A stretch of 64,000 nucleotides of DNA from a bacterium (GCA_963665755.1 OY762445.1:23926-87925); one strand, 5' to 3'. Positions 1 to 9,650 are shown, counted from the first letter of the stretch. A program made the numbers and translations. The notes: generated from the sequence alone by a model not told the origin.

Positions 1-189
1 AGCCTGCGCTTCGCCCTTTACGACCCTAGGTTCGATTTGAACGTACTCGGCCGGATAATCGACCACTTCGTTTCCGATATCTTCGAGACGCTGGTGGAGC
101 GCTTTGATCTCCAGCGGCGTCAGCAGGTTCTCGTAAGGTAGAAATCCCCGTTCGTTGAACTGGTCGACCTGTGCCTGGGTCAACGACAC
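1..189 (-). CDS. Phytanoyl-CoA dioxygenase (PhyH) family protein, 5' part only (runs off the window)
   Basis: Not in the ORF track. GTG at 189 follows an AAGGAGG SD. It reads MSLTQAQVDQFNERGFLPYENLLTPLEIKAL, a typical PhyH N-terminus, and is open to the window edge. Confidence 0.75.
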   Translation of the reverse strand, partial: MSLTQAQVDQFNERGFLPYENLLTPLEIKALHQRLEDIGNEVVDYPAEYVQIEPRVVKGEAQA

Positions 190-202
190 GACTCGCCTCC
201 TT

Positions 203-238
203 TAAGAAGCATTAATCCACTAAGAAGCATTAAACCAC
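203..238. repeat. 18-bp tandem duplication of the SGNH gene 3' end
   Basis: taagaagcattaatccac / taagaagcattaaaccac. Confidence 0.85.
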
Positions 239-816
239 CACTCCGGCCACCGGAGCACCAGTTCCGCCAGCGCGGAGTATCCGCCTTCGCCCGGATGAAC
301 CCGGTCACCGAGTGTGGCTTCGCTCCGCCAGACCCTACCGGCATTCAGATCATGTATCACCTCGAGGTAGGGCACGCCGAGTCTTCCGGCAATTTCGCCG
401 ATGAGCGAGGAAACCTCTACCCTGCGGCCGTGTTCCTCCTCGTCGATCCCGGGCGGCGGTCCGATCATCAATGTGGGCAAAAGCGATCGCGCGCGTGACA
501 GAATCTCATCGGTGTTGCGCACGGTATCGGCCCGTTCCACGCGCGGCTTCCCATCTATGAACCAGCAGTCGTTTGCACCGAAGCCGAAGACCACCCGGCC
601 GTCATGAGGTATCAAACGCCTGGCCTCCACTTCCCGTTCCCATCGCCGGAGCACGTCCGCGCTCGTGTCACCGCGAATGCCGAGATTGTAGCTCGTGATG
701 GAAGTCTCGTCGGACCTCGATGCGGCACACGCGCGCCCCGGCCATCCAAGAAAGGCGGGATCGCCGGTCCCGTTCACGTAGGAATCACCTATAAAGTATA
801 TACGGATGTCTTCCAT
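220..816 (-). CDS. SGNH/GDSL-family hydrolase
   Basis: Block I FIGDSY, block II NLGIRGDT, block III FGAND, block V DRVHP. Confidence 0.9.
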   Translation of the reverse strand: MEDIRIYFIGDSYVNGTGDPAFLGWPGRACAASRSDETSITSYNLGIRGDTSADVLRRWEREVEARRLIPHDGRVVFGFGANDCWFIDGKPRVERADTVRNTDEILSRARSLLPTLMIGPPPGIDEEEHGRRVEVSSLIGEIAGRLGVPYLEVIHDLNAGRVWRSEATLGDRVHPGEGGYSALAELVLRWPEWWFNAS

Positions 817-1066
817 AGATCCTTCCGTTCTCTCCGCTATGCCATCCTGCTTTGCTGAATATCCTCAAGTCTTCGGTCCCGGACGTGATTTCTGATCCGA
901 TCACGGAAGCCGAAAACGCCTTTAGCATACGAATTCCGAGTGTATTTATCAATTGCCAATTTCGTCGCAGCGTGGAAAATTGGTAATGGCCAGGTCAATG
1001 GGAGCCATGTATTGAAACACGTCGCATGACCGACGGATTATCCAGGCATTTCGGGAGAACGCCACC

Positions 1067-2074
1067 GTGCGCGGTTACGTCATCGAGAACAACCTGCTTC
1101 GTCAGGCGGAGCTTCCCGATCCTGTGGAACCCGGTCCCGGCGAAGCGCTCGTCAAGGTCCGGTCCGTATCATTGAACTACCGGGATCTCATGGTCGCCAG
1201 GGGCAGGTACGGAAGGCCGTATGAGGGTACGTTCGTAGCCGGTTCCGATATGGCGGGCGATGTGTTGGACACGGGGCCGGGGGTCGAGCACCTCCGGCCG
1301 GGCGACCGGGTGGTGAACGCGCCGTTCCTGCGATGGCCTGCCGGAAAACTCACAACAGACGGTATGAAGTCCCTGGTCGGAGCAGGCGGCGTGGACGGCG
1401 TTCTTTGTGAGCAGGTGCGCTATCCCGCGGCAGCCCTGGTTCCCATGCCGTCCCATTTCTCCTATAACGAAGGCGCGACGCTGCCCATCGCCGGGCTGAC
1501 CGCGTGGGCCTCGGTCGTGTCACAGGGTCATGTACTGGCTGGGGAGTGGGTCCTGCTTCACGGAACAGGCGGGGTTTCCGTGTTTGCCGCCCAGCTGGCC
1601 AGGATCGCGGGAGCGCGGGCTTTACTGACCACGTCTTCCGAAGATAAAGCCGGCAGGATGAAGGCAGCACTCGGCGTGGTGGAGACTTTCGATTACCGCG
1701 ACGACGACTGGCCTGAAAAGGTCCGGTCTTTCACCGGGGGCACGGGGGTCGACCTGGTCGTGGACGTGGCCGGCGGCCAGACCTTCGCCAATTCCCTCAA
1801 GGCCTGCGCGCTGCATGCCCGGGTATCGCTCGTGGGCATACTCGACGGCTTTGAAACCCGCCTCAATCCCTTCGATATCATCGGCCGTCAGATCCAGGTG
1901 CGCGGGATATACACTTCTTCGGCCGAAGACCTGCGCGACCTGGCAAGGGCCTGCGAGGCGTCGAAGCTCAGGCCCTGTATCGACCGCGTGTTTCCCTTCG
2001 ACGAAGTTCCCGCGGCCTACGACTACCTTGAATCCCAGCGGCACATCGGAAAGATCGTGTGCACGATATCCTGA
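1067..2074 (+). CDS. Medium-chain dehydrogenase/reductase (NAD(P)-dependent alcohol dehydrogenase / quinone reductase-like)
   Basis: SLNYRDL, SDMAG, HGTGGVS nucleotide-binding loop, C-terminal HIGKIV. Confidence 0.88.
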   Translation: MRGYVIENNLLRQAELPDPVEPGPGEALVKVRSVSLNYRDLMVARGRYGRPYEGTFVAGSDMAGDVLDTGPGVEHLRPGDRVVNAPFLRWPAGKLTTDGMKSLVGAGGVDGVLCEQVRYPAAALVPMPSHFSYNEGATLPIAGLTAWASVVSQGHVLAGEWVLLHGTGGVSVFAAQLARIAGARALLTTSSEDKAGRMKAALGVVETFDYRDDDWPEKVRSFTGGTGVDLVVDVAGGQTFANSLKACALHARVSLVGILDGFETRLNPFDIIGRQIQVRGIYTSSAEDLRDLARACEASKLRPCIDRVFPFDEVPAAYDYLESQRHIGKIVCTIS

Positions 2075-2190
2075 CGATTCTGCCTGGAGACACCGGAAAT
2101 ACCTAAAACCCGCGAAATGTTCGCTGCAGCAAAAGCTCTTCGCAAAAAAGCTCGCTAGCGACTTCCTCGCTCGAAATGTCCACTGGAAGT

Positions 2191-4431
2191 TTAAAGGACT
2201 TCAAGGCGGCGTTTCCTGTCGGTGACCCGTCCGATGCAGGCCGCCTGTTGGTACCCGGCGTCGCGAAGTTGCAGGATCACTTCATCGATCCTGGATGATG
2301 TTACGCCGGCCAGAAGGCCTCCCGAGGTCTGGGGATCGTAGAGGATGGCGTCCGCAATGCCAGGTTCGGCCTGGACTTCCCATCTCTTTTGCAAATGATC
2401 CCGGTTGGACGGCGCCAGGGTGCTTTCCACGCCGGCCGCAATACATTCCTCGGTGCCCGCGTATCTAGGAATCCGATCTATTTCGATCTCCGCTCCTGTA
2501 CCGCTGGCCTCGAGCATTTCGGTCAAGTGGCCCGCCAGGCCGAAGCCGGTCACGTCGGTGACGGCCGGAATCCCGGCCTGCTTGAGGATGCTCGCCGCCT
2601 CACCGTTGGATTTCAGCATGCCCTCGAAGACCTCGTCGACCCAGCTTCCCTTCGCCTTCAGGTGCATGTCGGCCGCGAGTATGGCTCCCGTGCCGACGGG
2701 CTTGGCCAGGATGATTCCGTCACCGGGACGCAGTCTGCCCTTTCTGAACACCGAATCGCTTCCGGCCAGACCGTTCATGGTCACGCTGACGGACGTTTCC
2801 GAACCTTCGCTGGTATGGCCGCCCAGAAGCGTGATACGCAGGCGCCGCGCTTCTTCCGCGATCCCGCCCATGAGCTGTCTCAGATCGTTCGCCACGAGGT
2901 GTTTCTCCGCGAAGGGCAGGGTGACCGTAACGAGCGCCGAATGAGGTTCGGCCCCCATGGCGTACAGGTCGGACGCGGCGTGGACCAGGGCGATGCGGCC
3001 AAATAGATGCAGGTCGCCGGTGAAGGCGCGGAATCCGTCCACGGTCTGTACCAGCGACCGGCCCGGAGGTATCTCCAGGAGCGCGGCGTCGTCGGCGTCA
3101 TGCAGGCCGATCCGCACGTCATCGCGGTTGAATACTTCCAGTTCATCGAGTACGCCGGTCAACACACTCGAACCGACCTTGGCGCCGCATCCGGCACAGC
3201 GCATGGCAGCGCCAACCGCGTCCCCGTCCGCGTCTCCGTTGGCTTCCTTTCCGGAGGGCGGCGAATCGCCGGCCGGTTCCATGGGCGGCAGCAGCAAGGG
3301 ATCGAACTTTCGCATCCACCGCTGGTCAATCCAGTTCTTCAGCCGCCATACCCACGCCCCATGGAATGAAATGTGGCGCCGGCTCGCGACGGCGTTCCGC
3401 GTACCGGTCATGAGCAGTGCGAGCGCCGAGGCCTGGGGCCTGAACGGAACCAGGGGGCGCTGCTCCAGCCATGCGTGGATATTCCGTGCGAGAATTGGCC
3501 CTTCCCGGACGGCGTAAACCCCCGATTTAGGAAGGGGGCGTGACTCGAACTCGATGCAATCCCCTGCGGCGAAGACATTGTCGTAATCCATGGCCTGCAG
3601 CGTGGGGCGTACCCGGATGAAGCCGGCGGAGCTGGTTTCCAGGTTCGTCCGCTTCAGCAGTTCCGGCGGCGCACCGCCCGTGGCCCAGAGCAGGAAATCG
3701 CAGGGGAGGGACGGCCGATCCGCGAAATGGACCCCGCCCTCGTCCACCGCGGACACACGAAGGCCCGTCAGACACGCGATCCCCTTCTCTTCGAGATACC
3801 GCATGATCGTCCTGGCTACCCTGGGATTATGGCCGGTCAGCAAAGTGGACTGCGATTCCACGAGCGTGATCTCTACCGGCGCGAAACGTCCTCTCCACCT
3901 GGAGTGCATGGCGAAGGCCAGCTCCGCGCCGGCCGCACCGCCGCCCGCGATGACGATCCGCAGGGGTTGTCCGTCTGCGCGGTGGTTTTCTTCGAACTGG
4001 TGAACCCTTCGCAGCAGCCTGCCGAGCGGTCTCGTGGGTACGGCGTTCTCACGCACGCCCGGGGTATCCAGACCCCTGGGAATCGAACCGATATTGACCG
4101 AAAGGGCATCGTAGGCGAAGGGTGGTCTTCCATCCTCGAAGAAAACCTGTTGGATAGCAGGATCGATACCGGATACGCGTGCCCGAATGAACCGGATACC
4201 CGCCCAAGCGCAAAGCGGTCTGAGTTCCATTTCCATTTCATCAGGGCGATATAGACCGGCCAGGCATCCGGGAAGCATGCCGGAATAGCAGACGGTGGAT
4301 TCGTCGGAGACGAGCGTAACGCGAACGCCGCGAAGCGCCTTCTTCATGGTCAACATGCGGATTACCTGCACATGGGCGTGTCCGCCGCCGACCAGTACGA
4401 GGTCTTTTTTAAATACGGCTGTCTGGTTCAT
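2191..4431 (-). CDS. selD: Fusion of FAD-dependent pyridine nucleotide-disulfide oxidoreductase and selenide,water dikinase
   Basis: N-terminal LVLVGGGHAH and GGGAAG Rossmann motifs. C-terminal RCAGCGAK, DDAA, QTVD, SDLYAMG, GGHT, TDVTGFG and DPQTSGGL SelD motifs. Start placed at MNQT (4431). Confidence 0.92.
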   Translation of the reverse strand: MNQTAVFKKDLVLVGGGHAHVQVIRMLTMKKALRGVRVTLVSDESTVCYSGMLPGCLAGLYRPDEMEMELRPLCAWAGIRFIRARVSGIDPAIQQVFFEDGRPPFAYDALSVNIGSIPRGLDTPGVRENAVPTRPLGRLLRRVHQFEENHRADGQPLRIVIAGGGAAGAELAFAMHSRWRGRFAPVEITLVESQSTLLTGHNPRVARTIMRYLEEKGIACLTGLRVSAVDEGGVHFADRPSLPCDFLLWATGGAPPELLKRTNLETSSAGFIRVRPTLQAMDYDNVFAAGDCIEFESRPLPKSGVYAVREGPILARNIHAWLEQRPLVPFRPQASALALLMTGTRNAVASRRHISFHGAWVWRLKNWIDQRWMRKFDPLLLPPMEPAGDSPPSGKEANGDADGDAVGAAMRCAGCGAKVGSSVLTGVLDELEVFNRDDVRIGLHDADDAALLEIPPGRSLVQTVDGFRAFTGDLHLFGRIALVHAASDLYAMGAEPHSALVTVTLPFAEKHLVANDLRQLMGGIAEEARRLRITLLGGHTSEGSETSVSVTMNGLAGSDSVFRKGRLRPGDGIILAKPVGTGAILAADMHLKAKGSWVDEVFEGMLKSNGEAASILKQAGIPAVTDVTGFGLAGHLTEMLEASGTGAEIEIDRIPRYAGTEECIAAGVESTLAPSNRDHLQKRWEVQAEPGIADAILYDPQTSGGLLAGVTSSRIDEVILQLRDAGYQQAACIGRVTDRKRRLEVL

Positions 4432-4682
4432 GATCGGTTCAACTTTGAATCGACACGCACTTTCATCCGACGCAAGGGAATGGAATATACATGGCGAGTC
4501 CGGGCTGGCCAAAGACGATTATAACTTTGGACATTGCGTGTTACAGCAAGCTGTGCGGTGTCGCAGCAGTACCGTGCCGGACCTTGACACGCGCCTTAAC
4601 TTAACTGCACAGATTTTGGTTCCAGTAGCACTATTGATGAGTTAAAACGTGCGTGTAATCATCATTTTATCGAGGAGTTTAG

Positions 4683-5207
4683 ATGGCTTTCAATATCAAA
4701 AAACGCGGCAAACTGACCTACTATTACCACGGGGACAGCCCGGTGCTGTCGGCCCTGGTGACCGAAGAGCAGTCCGACGGCGACCTGAGGATCTATTTCG
4801 CTGGGCTCACGGGCGGCTATTCGGCCAAGGGCGTGCTGGAACGGGACGAGTTGGTCTCGATGGAACCGGAGCAGGAGATCCCCCTCGTGTTTCAGAGCTG
4901 GGAGAGGTGGCTGATCGACGCCGGACTGTGCAGTTCGCTCAGGGAAATCGATTTCATCGAGGTGCACGCCTTCGGCTGCCAGCCCAAGTCTCCGAATCCC
5001 CTCGTGGACCCGATCGGGTACGCCGCGGAGCAGGACCGGCTAAAAGAAGCCTACGCCCGCGCGTACAGCGGGTTCTTCCGGGATTACCTGCCGGATAACG
5101 GGGTTCCATGCCGCTTCACGGTCCACCTCGTAGACGTGCCCGACAAGGCCGCTTCTTACGAATTCTATTCCACGGCGCTCTGGCAACGGTCGCTGCAATC
5201 CGATTAG
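4683..5207 (+). CDS. Hypothetical protein, probable divergent Rid (YjgF/YER057c/UK114) family
   Basis: GAGGAG SD. IYFAGLTG, WERWLIDAG..SLREI and YSGFF...PCRFTV...SYEF resemble Rid motifs. Confidence 0.6.
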   Translation: MAFNIKKRGKLTYYYHGDSPVLSALVTEEQSDGDLRIYFAGLTGGYSAKGVLERDELVSMEPEQEIPLVFQSWERWLIDAGLCSSLREIDFIEVHAFGCQPKSPNPLVDPIGYAAEQDRLKEAYARAYSGFFRDYLPDNGVPCRFTVHLVDVPDKAASYEFYSTALWQRSLQSD

Positions 5208-5371
5208 TCCCAACCAGGCGCGTTCGTCTGATCGTCGGGTGAACAACCTGTACAGCATGGCCGACTGCGCTCCGGCAGAATTCGCTGCAGTCCGGTTCCT
5301 CCGGATGACCGGATGGTTTCTGTCGCTTCGGGACGGTCGAACACCCGTGGCCGGCCGCACCCATAACCGGC

Positions 5372-5400
5372 TTGACACCCATCCGGTTCAGGATCATATT
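5372..5400 (+). promoter_or_regulatory. Sigma70-type promoter of the RraA/sulfatase cluster
   Basis: TTGACA-N17-CATATT. Confidence 0.6.
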
Positions 5401-5474
5401 CACCGGGTTGCATCCACCGTTCAGCCTGTTTTATTCCCGATCCGCTGCCGTAAGCACCCTGGAAGGAGCAACGC

Positions 5475-6212
5475 ATGTCCGCGCGGTCCTCGCAGGAGGC
5501 GCTGGAAGCGCTGAAACAGTTCGATACGCCCTCGATTACGAACGTGGTGGCGACCTACCCGACCCACCCCCTCTGCCTGGGCCTGTACAATCCCTGGTCG
5601 GAGAACTGGTATACCGATCAGACCATCAAGTGCATCTATCCCGATCTCGGGCGCACCGTGGGCTATGCCGTCACGTGCGTATTCGGTCTTCCCGAGCCGG
5701 GCTTCAAGAACCTTTCCTTCCTGGACGTGATCGATGCCCTGGACGCATCCCCGCAACCGACGATTCTGGCGATCCAGCAGAAATTTCCCCCGGAGATCGC
5801 CGGCAAGGTGGGGCTCGCCGGCGGTAACATGACCGCTTCCGCCAAGGCGGTGGGATGTGTGGGGGTCGTCTCGAACGGACCCTCCCGCGATATCGACGAG
5901 ATCCGCCCCATGAAGGTACAGTATCTGCTCAGCGGAATTACGCCGGGCCATGGCGACATGGCCGTGCACGCGGTGAACGTGCCCGTATCCGTTGGCGGAA
6001 TGGACGTTGCCCCGGGCGAGATCATCCACATGGACGAGAACGGCGCCTGCAAGTTCCCGGCCAACAAACTGGACGCGGTACTCGAAAACGCCACGGCGCT
6101 TGCGGTCGAGGAAGAGTCCCGCATCGCCGCCTTCCAAAGCGCGCGCAATGCCGACGATGTCCAGGCTATCCTGGGCGGACACAGCTACGGCAAGAAAGAA
6201 GAGGCTGAATGA
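5475..6212 (+). CDS. RraA-like / HMG aldolase family protein
   Basis: DTPSI, VGYAVT, GPSRD, PGEIIHMDENG; GGAG SD. Confidence 0.85.
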   Translation: MSARSSQEALEALKQFDTPSITNVVATYPTHPLCLGLYNPWSENWYTDQTIKCIYPDLGRTVGYAVTCVFGLPEPGFKNLSFLDVIDALDASPQPTILAIQQKFPPEIAGKVGLAGGNMTASAKAVGCVGVVSNGPSRDIDEIRPMKVQYLLSGITPGHGDMAVHAVNVPVSVGGMDVAPGEIIHMDENGACKFPANKLDAVLENATALAVEEESRIAAFQSARNADDVQAILGGHSYGKKEEAE

Positions 6213-7690
6213 AATGCGTCTTTGTCGTACTTGATACCGTCCGCCGGGACTTCCTGTCCTCATACGGCAACGACTGGGTCCATACGCCGGCCCTCGACCG
6301 TCTGGCCGAGCGCGGCGTCGTTTTCGACAACCATTGGGTAGGTTCGCTTCCCTGCATGCCTGCGCGCCGGGAGTTCATGACCGGCAGGTACAACTTCATC
6401 TACCGGGGCTGGGGTCCCATCGAGCCCTACGACGACACCCTGCCCGGCGAGCTACGTAAGAACGATGTATTCACCCACCTGCTGACTGATCATTACCACT
6501 ATTTCGAGCTTGGCGGCGAGAACTACCACACGGCCTTCAACACATGGGACTTCTTCCGCGGGCAGGAAAACGACTGGTGGGCATCCCACGTGGACCGCAT
6601 GGCGTTGCCGGATCACATCGGACAGCTTACCCAGCAGAACTACGGCAACCGCAAGCTGCAACAGCGGGAGGAAGACTTCTCCGGTCCCAAGACCGCGCAG
6701 GCGGCCATAGAGTGGCTGAAGTCGAACCAGGCGGCCGAGGACTGGTTCCTTCAGGTCGAGATCTTCGATCCCCACGAACCCTTTTATTGCACGGAGAAAT
6801 ACCGTGCCATGTACGGGGACGATTACAAGGGGCCCTTCTACGACTGGCCGAGTTACGACGAAGTGCACGAGTCGCCGGAAGCCATAGACCACGTCCGGAA
6901 ATGCTATGCCGGGCTGCTAACGATGACGGACCACTGGGTCGGCAAGATCTTCGACACCCTCGACGAACTCGGGCTGTGGGAAGATACCCTGGTCGTGTTC
7001 ACCACGGATCACGGCACCATGCTGGCCGAGCATGATTTCTGGATGAAGAACATCATGCCGCTGTACAACGAGATCGTCCGCATCCCCCTGATCGCCAGTC
7101 TGCCCGGCAACGAAAGAGCCGGAACGCGGACCAGCGCGCTCACGCAGACCATCGACCTGATGCCGACCTTTCTCGACTACTTCGATACGCCGCCTCCGCC
7201 CCACGTGCAGGGTACGTCGCTGCGCGGGATGCTGGACGGCGAAGGCGTGCGACCGGACGGTATTTTCGGATATTTCGGCATGGCGATGAACATCACCGAC
7301 GGCCGGTACGTGTACATGCGCAATCCGGTGAACGAGGATGCCGGCCCCCTCTACGCCTATACGGCCATGCCTACCGGCGGGCTGAACCGCTGGTATCCGC
7401 GGGAGGTGTACGACCGGGTGGAAACGGGCCGTTACTTCGGCCACACCTACAATCTGCCGCTGTACAAGATCCCCACGGAGGGCAAGGTCCCGAGGCACCA
7501 TCCCGACGAGGCGTCCTACGCGGGGCGAAACCAGCTGTTTGACGTGGTCGCCGATCCCGCGCAACAGCACCCGATCGTCGATCCGGAACTGGAAAGGCAT
7601 TTCACCGACGGGATTGCCCGGCACCTGGAAACCTGTGAGGCCACGCCGGAGCAGTTCGCCCGGCTCGGTATCGACCCGCCCGGCGCGTAG
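6209..7690 (+). CDS. Formylglycine-dependent sulfatase (cytoplasmic)
   Basis: CMPAR (CxPxR) motif, DPHEP, TTDHG; ATGA overlap with upstream gene; no signal peptide. Confidence 0.92.
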   Translation: MKCVFVVLDTVRRDFLSSYGNDWVHTPALDRLAERGVVFDNHWVGSLPCMPARREFMTGRYNFIYRGWGPIEPYDDTLPGELRKNDVFTHLLTDHYHYFELGGENYHTAFNTWDFFRGQENDWWASHVDRMALPDHIGQLTQQNYGNRKLQQREEDFSGPKTAQAAIEWLKSNQAAEDWFLQVEIFDPHEPFYCTEKYRAMYGDDYKGPFYDWPSYDEVHESPEAIDHVRKCYAGLLTMTDHWVGKIFDTLDELGLWEDTLVVFTTDHGTMLAEHDFWMKNIMPLYNEIVRIPLIASLPGNERAGTRTSALTQTIDLMPTFLDYFDTPPPPHVQGTSLRGMLDGEGVRPDGIFGYFGMAMNITDGRYVYMRNPVNEDAGPLYAYTAMPTGGLNRWYPREVYDRVETGRYFGHTYNLPLYKIPTEGKVPRHHPDEASYAGRNQLFDVVADPAQQHPIVDPELERHFTDGIARHLETCEATPEQFARLGIDPPGA

Positions 7691-7721
7691 CGGATTGCAC
7701 GATGAAGGGCTCCGTTGGACG

Positions 7722-7775
7722 GTACGCGGAACGAGCGGGCCGAAAAAAACAGTACGCGGACCAAGCGGGCCGGAA
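7722..7775. repeat. Imperfect 30-bp-period intergenic direct repeat
   Basis: gtacgcggaacgagcgggccg / gtacgcggaccaagcgggccg. Confidence 0.7.
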
Positions 7776-7840
7776 CCTGCAAGGTGCGAGTTGCCATATA
7801 AGTTCGCTGTAACGAGTACGCAGATACAAGGGGTAAGCTG

Positions 7841-9637
7841 ATGATTCACCGCCTTCGTCGCCAGGCGCCGGTTTTTGTCGCGGCCGTACTTGCGCTGTCA
7901 TTCCTGCAATGCGGCGCGCAGCCAGATCCTGAAGAGGCCGAAGAAGGCAGCGGCCCCCAGTTGTTGTTCGGTCAGACCGCGGAGATGAAAGAGGCTGCCC
8001 ACGCCGCGTTGATGGAACGTCTTCCAGATGATACCGCGCCCCTGGAGTACCAGGTGTTCCGGTACATGGCCGCCGAACCAAAGAGCATGGACCAGGGCGT
8101 CTCGATTTACGTGGCCGGCGGGAGCGAATTCCACTTCGAAAGGCTCGCCATGTTCGGTGTGAATGGGGAGCTCATCCCGGGCGCGGCGGATTCCTGGGAG
8201 ACCACGGAAGACGGGAAGACGTGGACCTTTCACCTGCGCCGGGACGCACGGTGGAGCGACGGACGGCCCGTCACCGCGCACGATTTCGAATTCACCTTCA
8301 AGCGGTTCCTCCATCCGAACGCGGGCAACGTTTACGCCTTTCTCTACTACGATATCAAGGGCGCCCGGGCGTACAACCAGCGGGAAACGGACGATGTCGA
8401 CACCGTGGGGGTCCGGGCCGTAGACGACTATACCCTGGTCATCGAGACGGAACAATCCTGCGCCTTCCTGCCCCATATCACCGCCTACCTGACCTCCGCG
8501 CCCGTTCCCCCGTGGCAGGTCGAGAAGTACGGAGACCAGTGGGCGCTCGCCGGCACCTGCCTGACCAACGGGCCCTTTCAACTCGAGACCTGGAAAACGG
8601 GCCAGTACATGACCTTCGGCCTGAATCCCCATTACTCCGGCCCCAATCCCGGCCATCTCCGCCAGATCGTACGCATATTCAACGCCATGGTCGGCTCGGT
8701 CAGCGCGTCGAACGACATGGGGCTTTTGCCCTACGAAAATGACGAGATCGATGTGATCGATATCAGCCCCATGGTCTACGGCGGCCTGCGCGACGACCCG
8801 GAGTGGAACGAACCCGCGTGGACATACGACCAGTTCACGACGATCTACCTGTTCTTCCGGACGCGACAGCCCCCCTTCGACAACCTCAAGGTCCGCCAGG
8901 CCTTCGCCCATGCCATCGACAAGGTGTCGTTGAACGAGACGATTCTCCAGGACATGATGATTCCCGCCTATACCATGCTACCGCTCCATTTCCCCGGTTA
9001 CGTCGGGGACAAATACCAGGAACACCAGCGGTTCGACGTGGAACTCGCCCGGCAACTGCTCGCGGAGGCGGGCTATCCGGGCGGCAGGGGTTTCCCGCGG
9101 ATGGATATCTGGCTCGCCGACGCGACGCCCGCTTCTTCCATCAGCCAGGCGGCCCAGGCGTTACAGGAGATGCTCAAGGAGAATCTGAATATCCAGATCG
9201 GCATCCGGAACACGGAAGGGGCCGCGTACCGGTCGGCCATGTACAACTGGGACATGCCCATGAGCATCGTCGGTTTCAACTACGACTTCCCCGATCCCCA
9301 CAGTATGCTCGGCATCATCTGGCGTTCACAGCCCAGGGGCTATACCCGCCACGACTGGCTGAATCCGGACTTCGACCGGCTGATCGACATGGCCGCCGGG
9401 GAGCTGAATCACGAGGCCCGCATGGCCATGTACGACGAGGCCGAGGGGATTCTTGCCTCCGAGGCCGCCGCGGTCTTCCTGTGGCATGTCAATACCTACC
9501 AGTTGCGCAAGCCGTGGTTGAAGGGGTTCAAGGAAGACCGGTGGGGTAATTTTCCCAATTACCGGAACGCGGGCACGTACTACGACCTCTACATCGGGCA
9601 GGAGGCGGTGACAAGCGATCGGCGTATAGATTACTGA
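7841..9637 (+). CDS. ABC transporter substrate-binding protein, family 5 (OppA/DppA-like), probable lipoprotein
   Basis: PGAADSWE..DGKTWTFHLR..WSDG.PVTAHDF, PPFDN.KVRQAF; hydrophobic N-terminus ending LSFLQC. Confidence 0.9.
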   Translation: MIHRLRRQAPVFVAAVLALSFLQCGAQPDPEEAEEGSGPQLLFGQTAEMKEAAHAALMERLPDDTAPLEYQVFRYMAAEPKSMDQGVSIYVAGGSEFHFERLAMFGVNGELIPGAADSWETTEDGKTWTFHLRRDARWSDGRPVTAHDFEFTFKRFLHPNAGNVYAFLYYDIKGARAYNQRETDDVDTVGVRAVDDYTLVIETEQSCAFLPHITAYLTSAPVPPWQVEKYGDQWALAGTCLTNGPFQLETWKTGQYMTFGLNPHYSGPNPGHLRQIVRIFNAMVGSVSASNDMGLLPYENDEIDVIDISPMVYGGLRDDPEWNEPAWTYDQFTTIYLFFRTRQPPFDNLKVRQAFAHAIDKVSLNETILQDMMIPAYTMLPLHFPGYVGDKYQEHQRFDVELARQLLAEAGYPGGRGFPRMDIWLADATPASSISQAAQALQEMLKENLNIQIGIRNTEGAAYRSAMYNWDMPMSIVGFNYDFPDPHSMLGIIWRSQPRGYTRHDWLNPDFDRLIDMAAGELNHEARMAMYDEAEGILASEAAAVFLWHVNTYQLRKPWLKGFKEDRWGNFPNYRNAGTYYDLYIGQEAVTSDRRIDY

Positions 9638-9650
9638 AGCAACCGGCGAT

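Noticed and set aside
1-141. Plus-strand open frame ending at TAG 141
   Set aside because: The minus-strand frame has an SD, a start codon and a PhyH signature.
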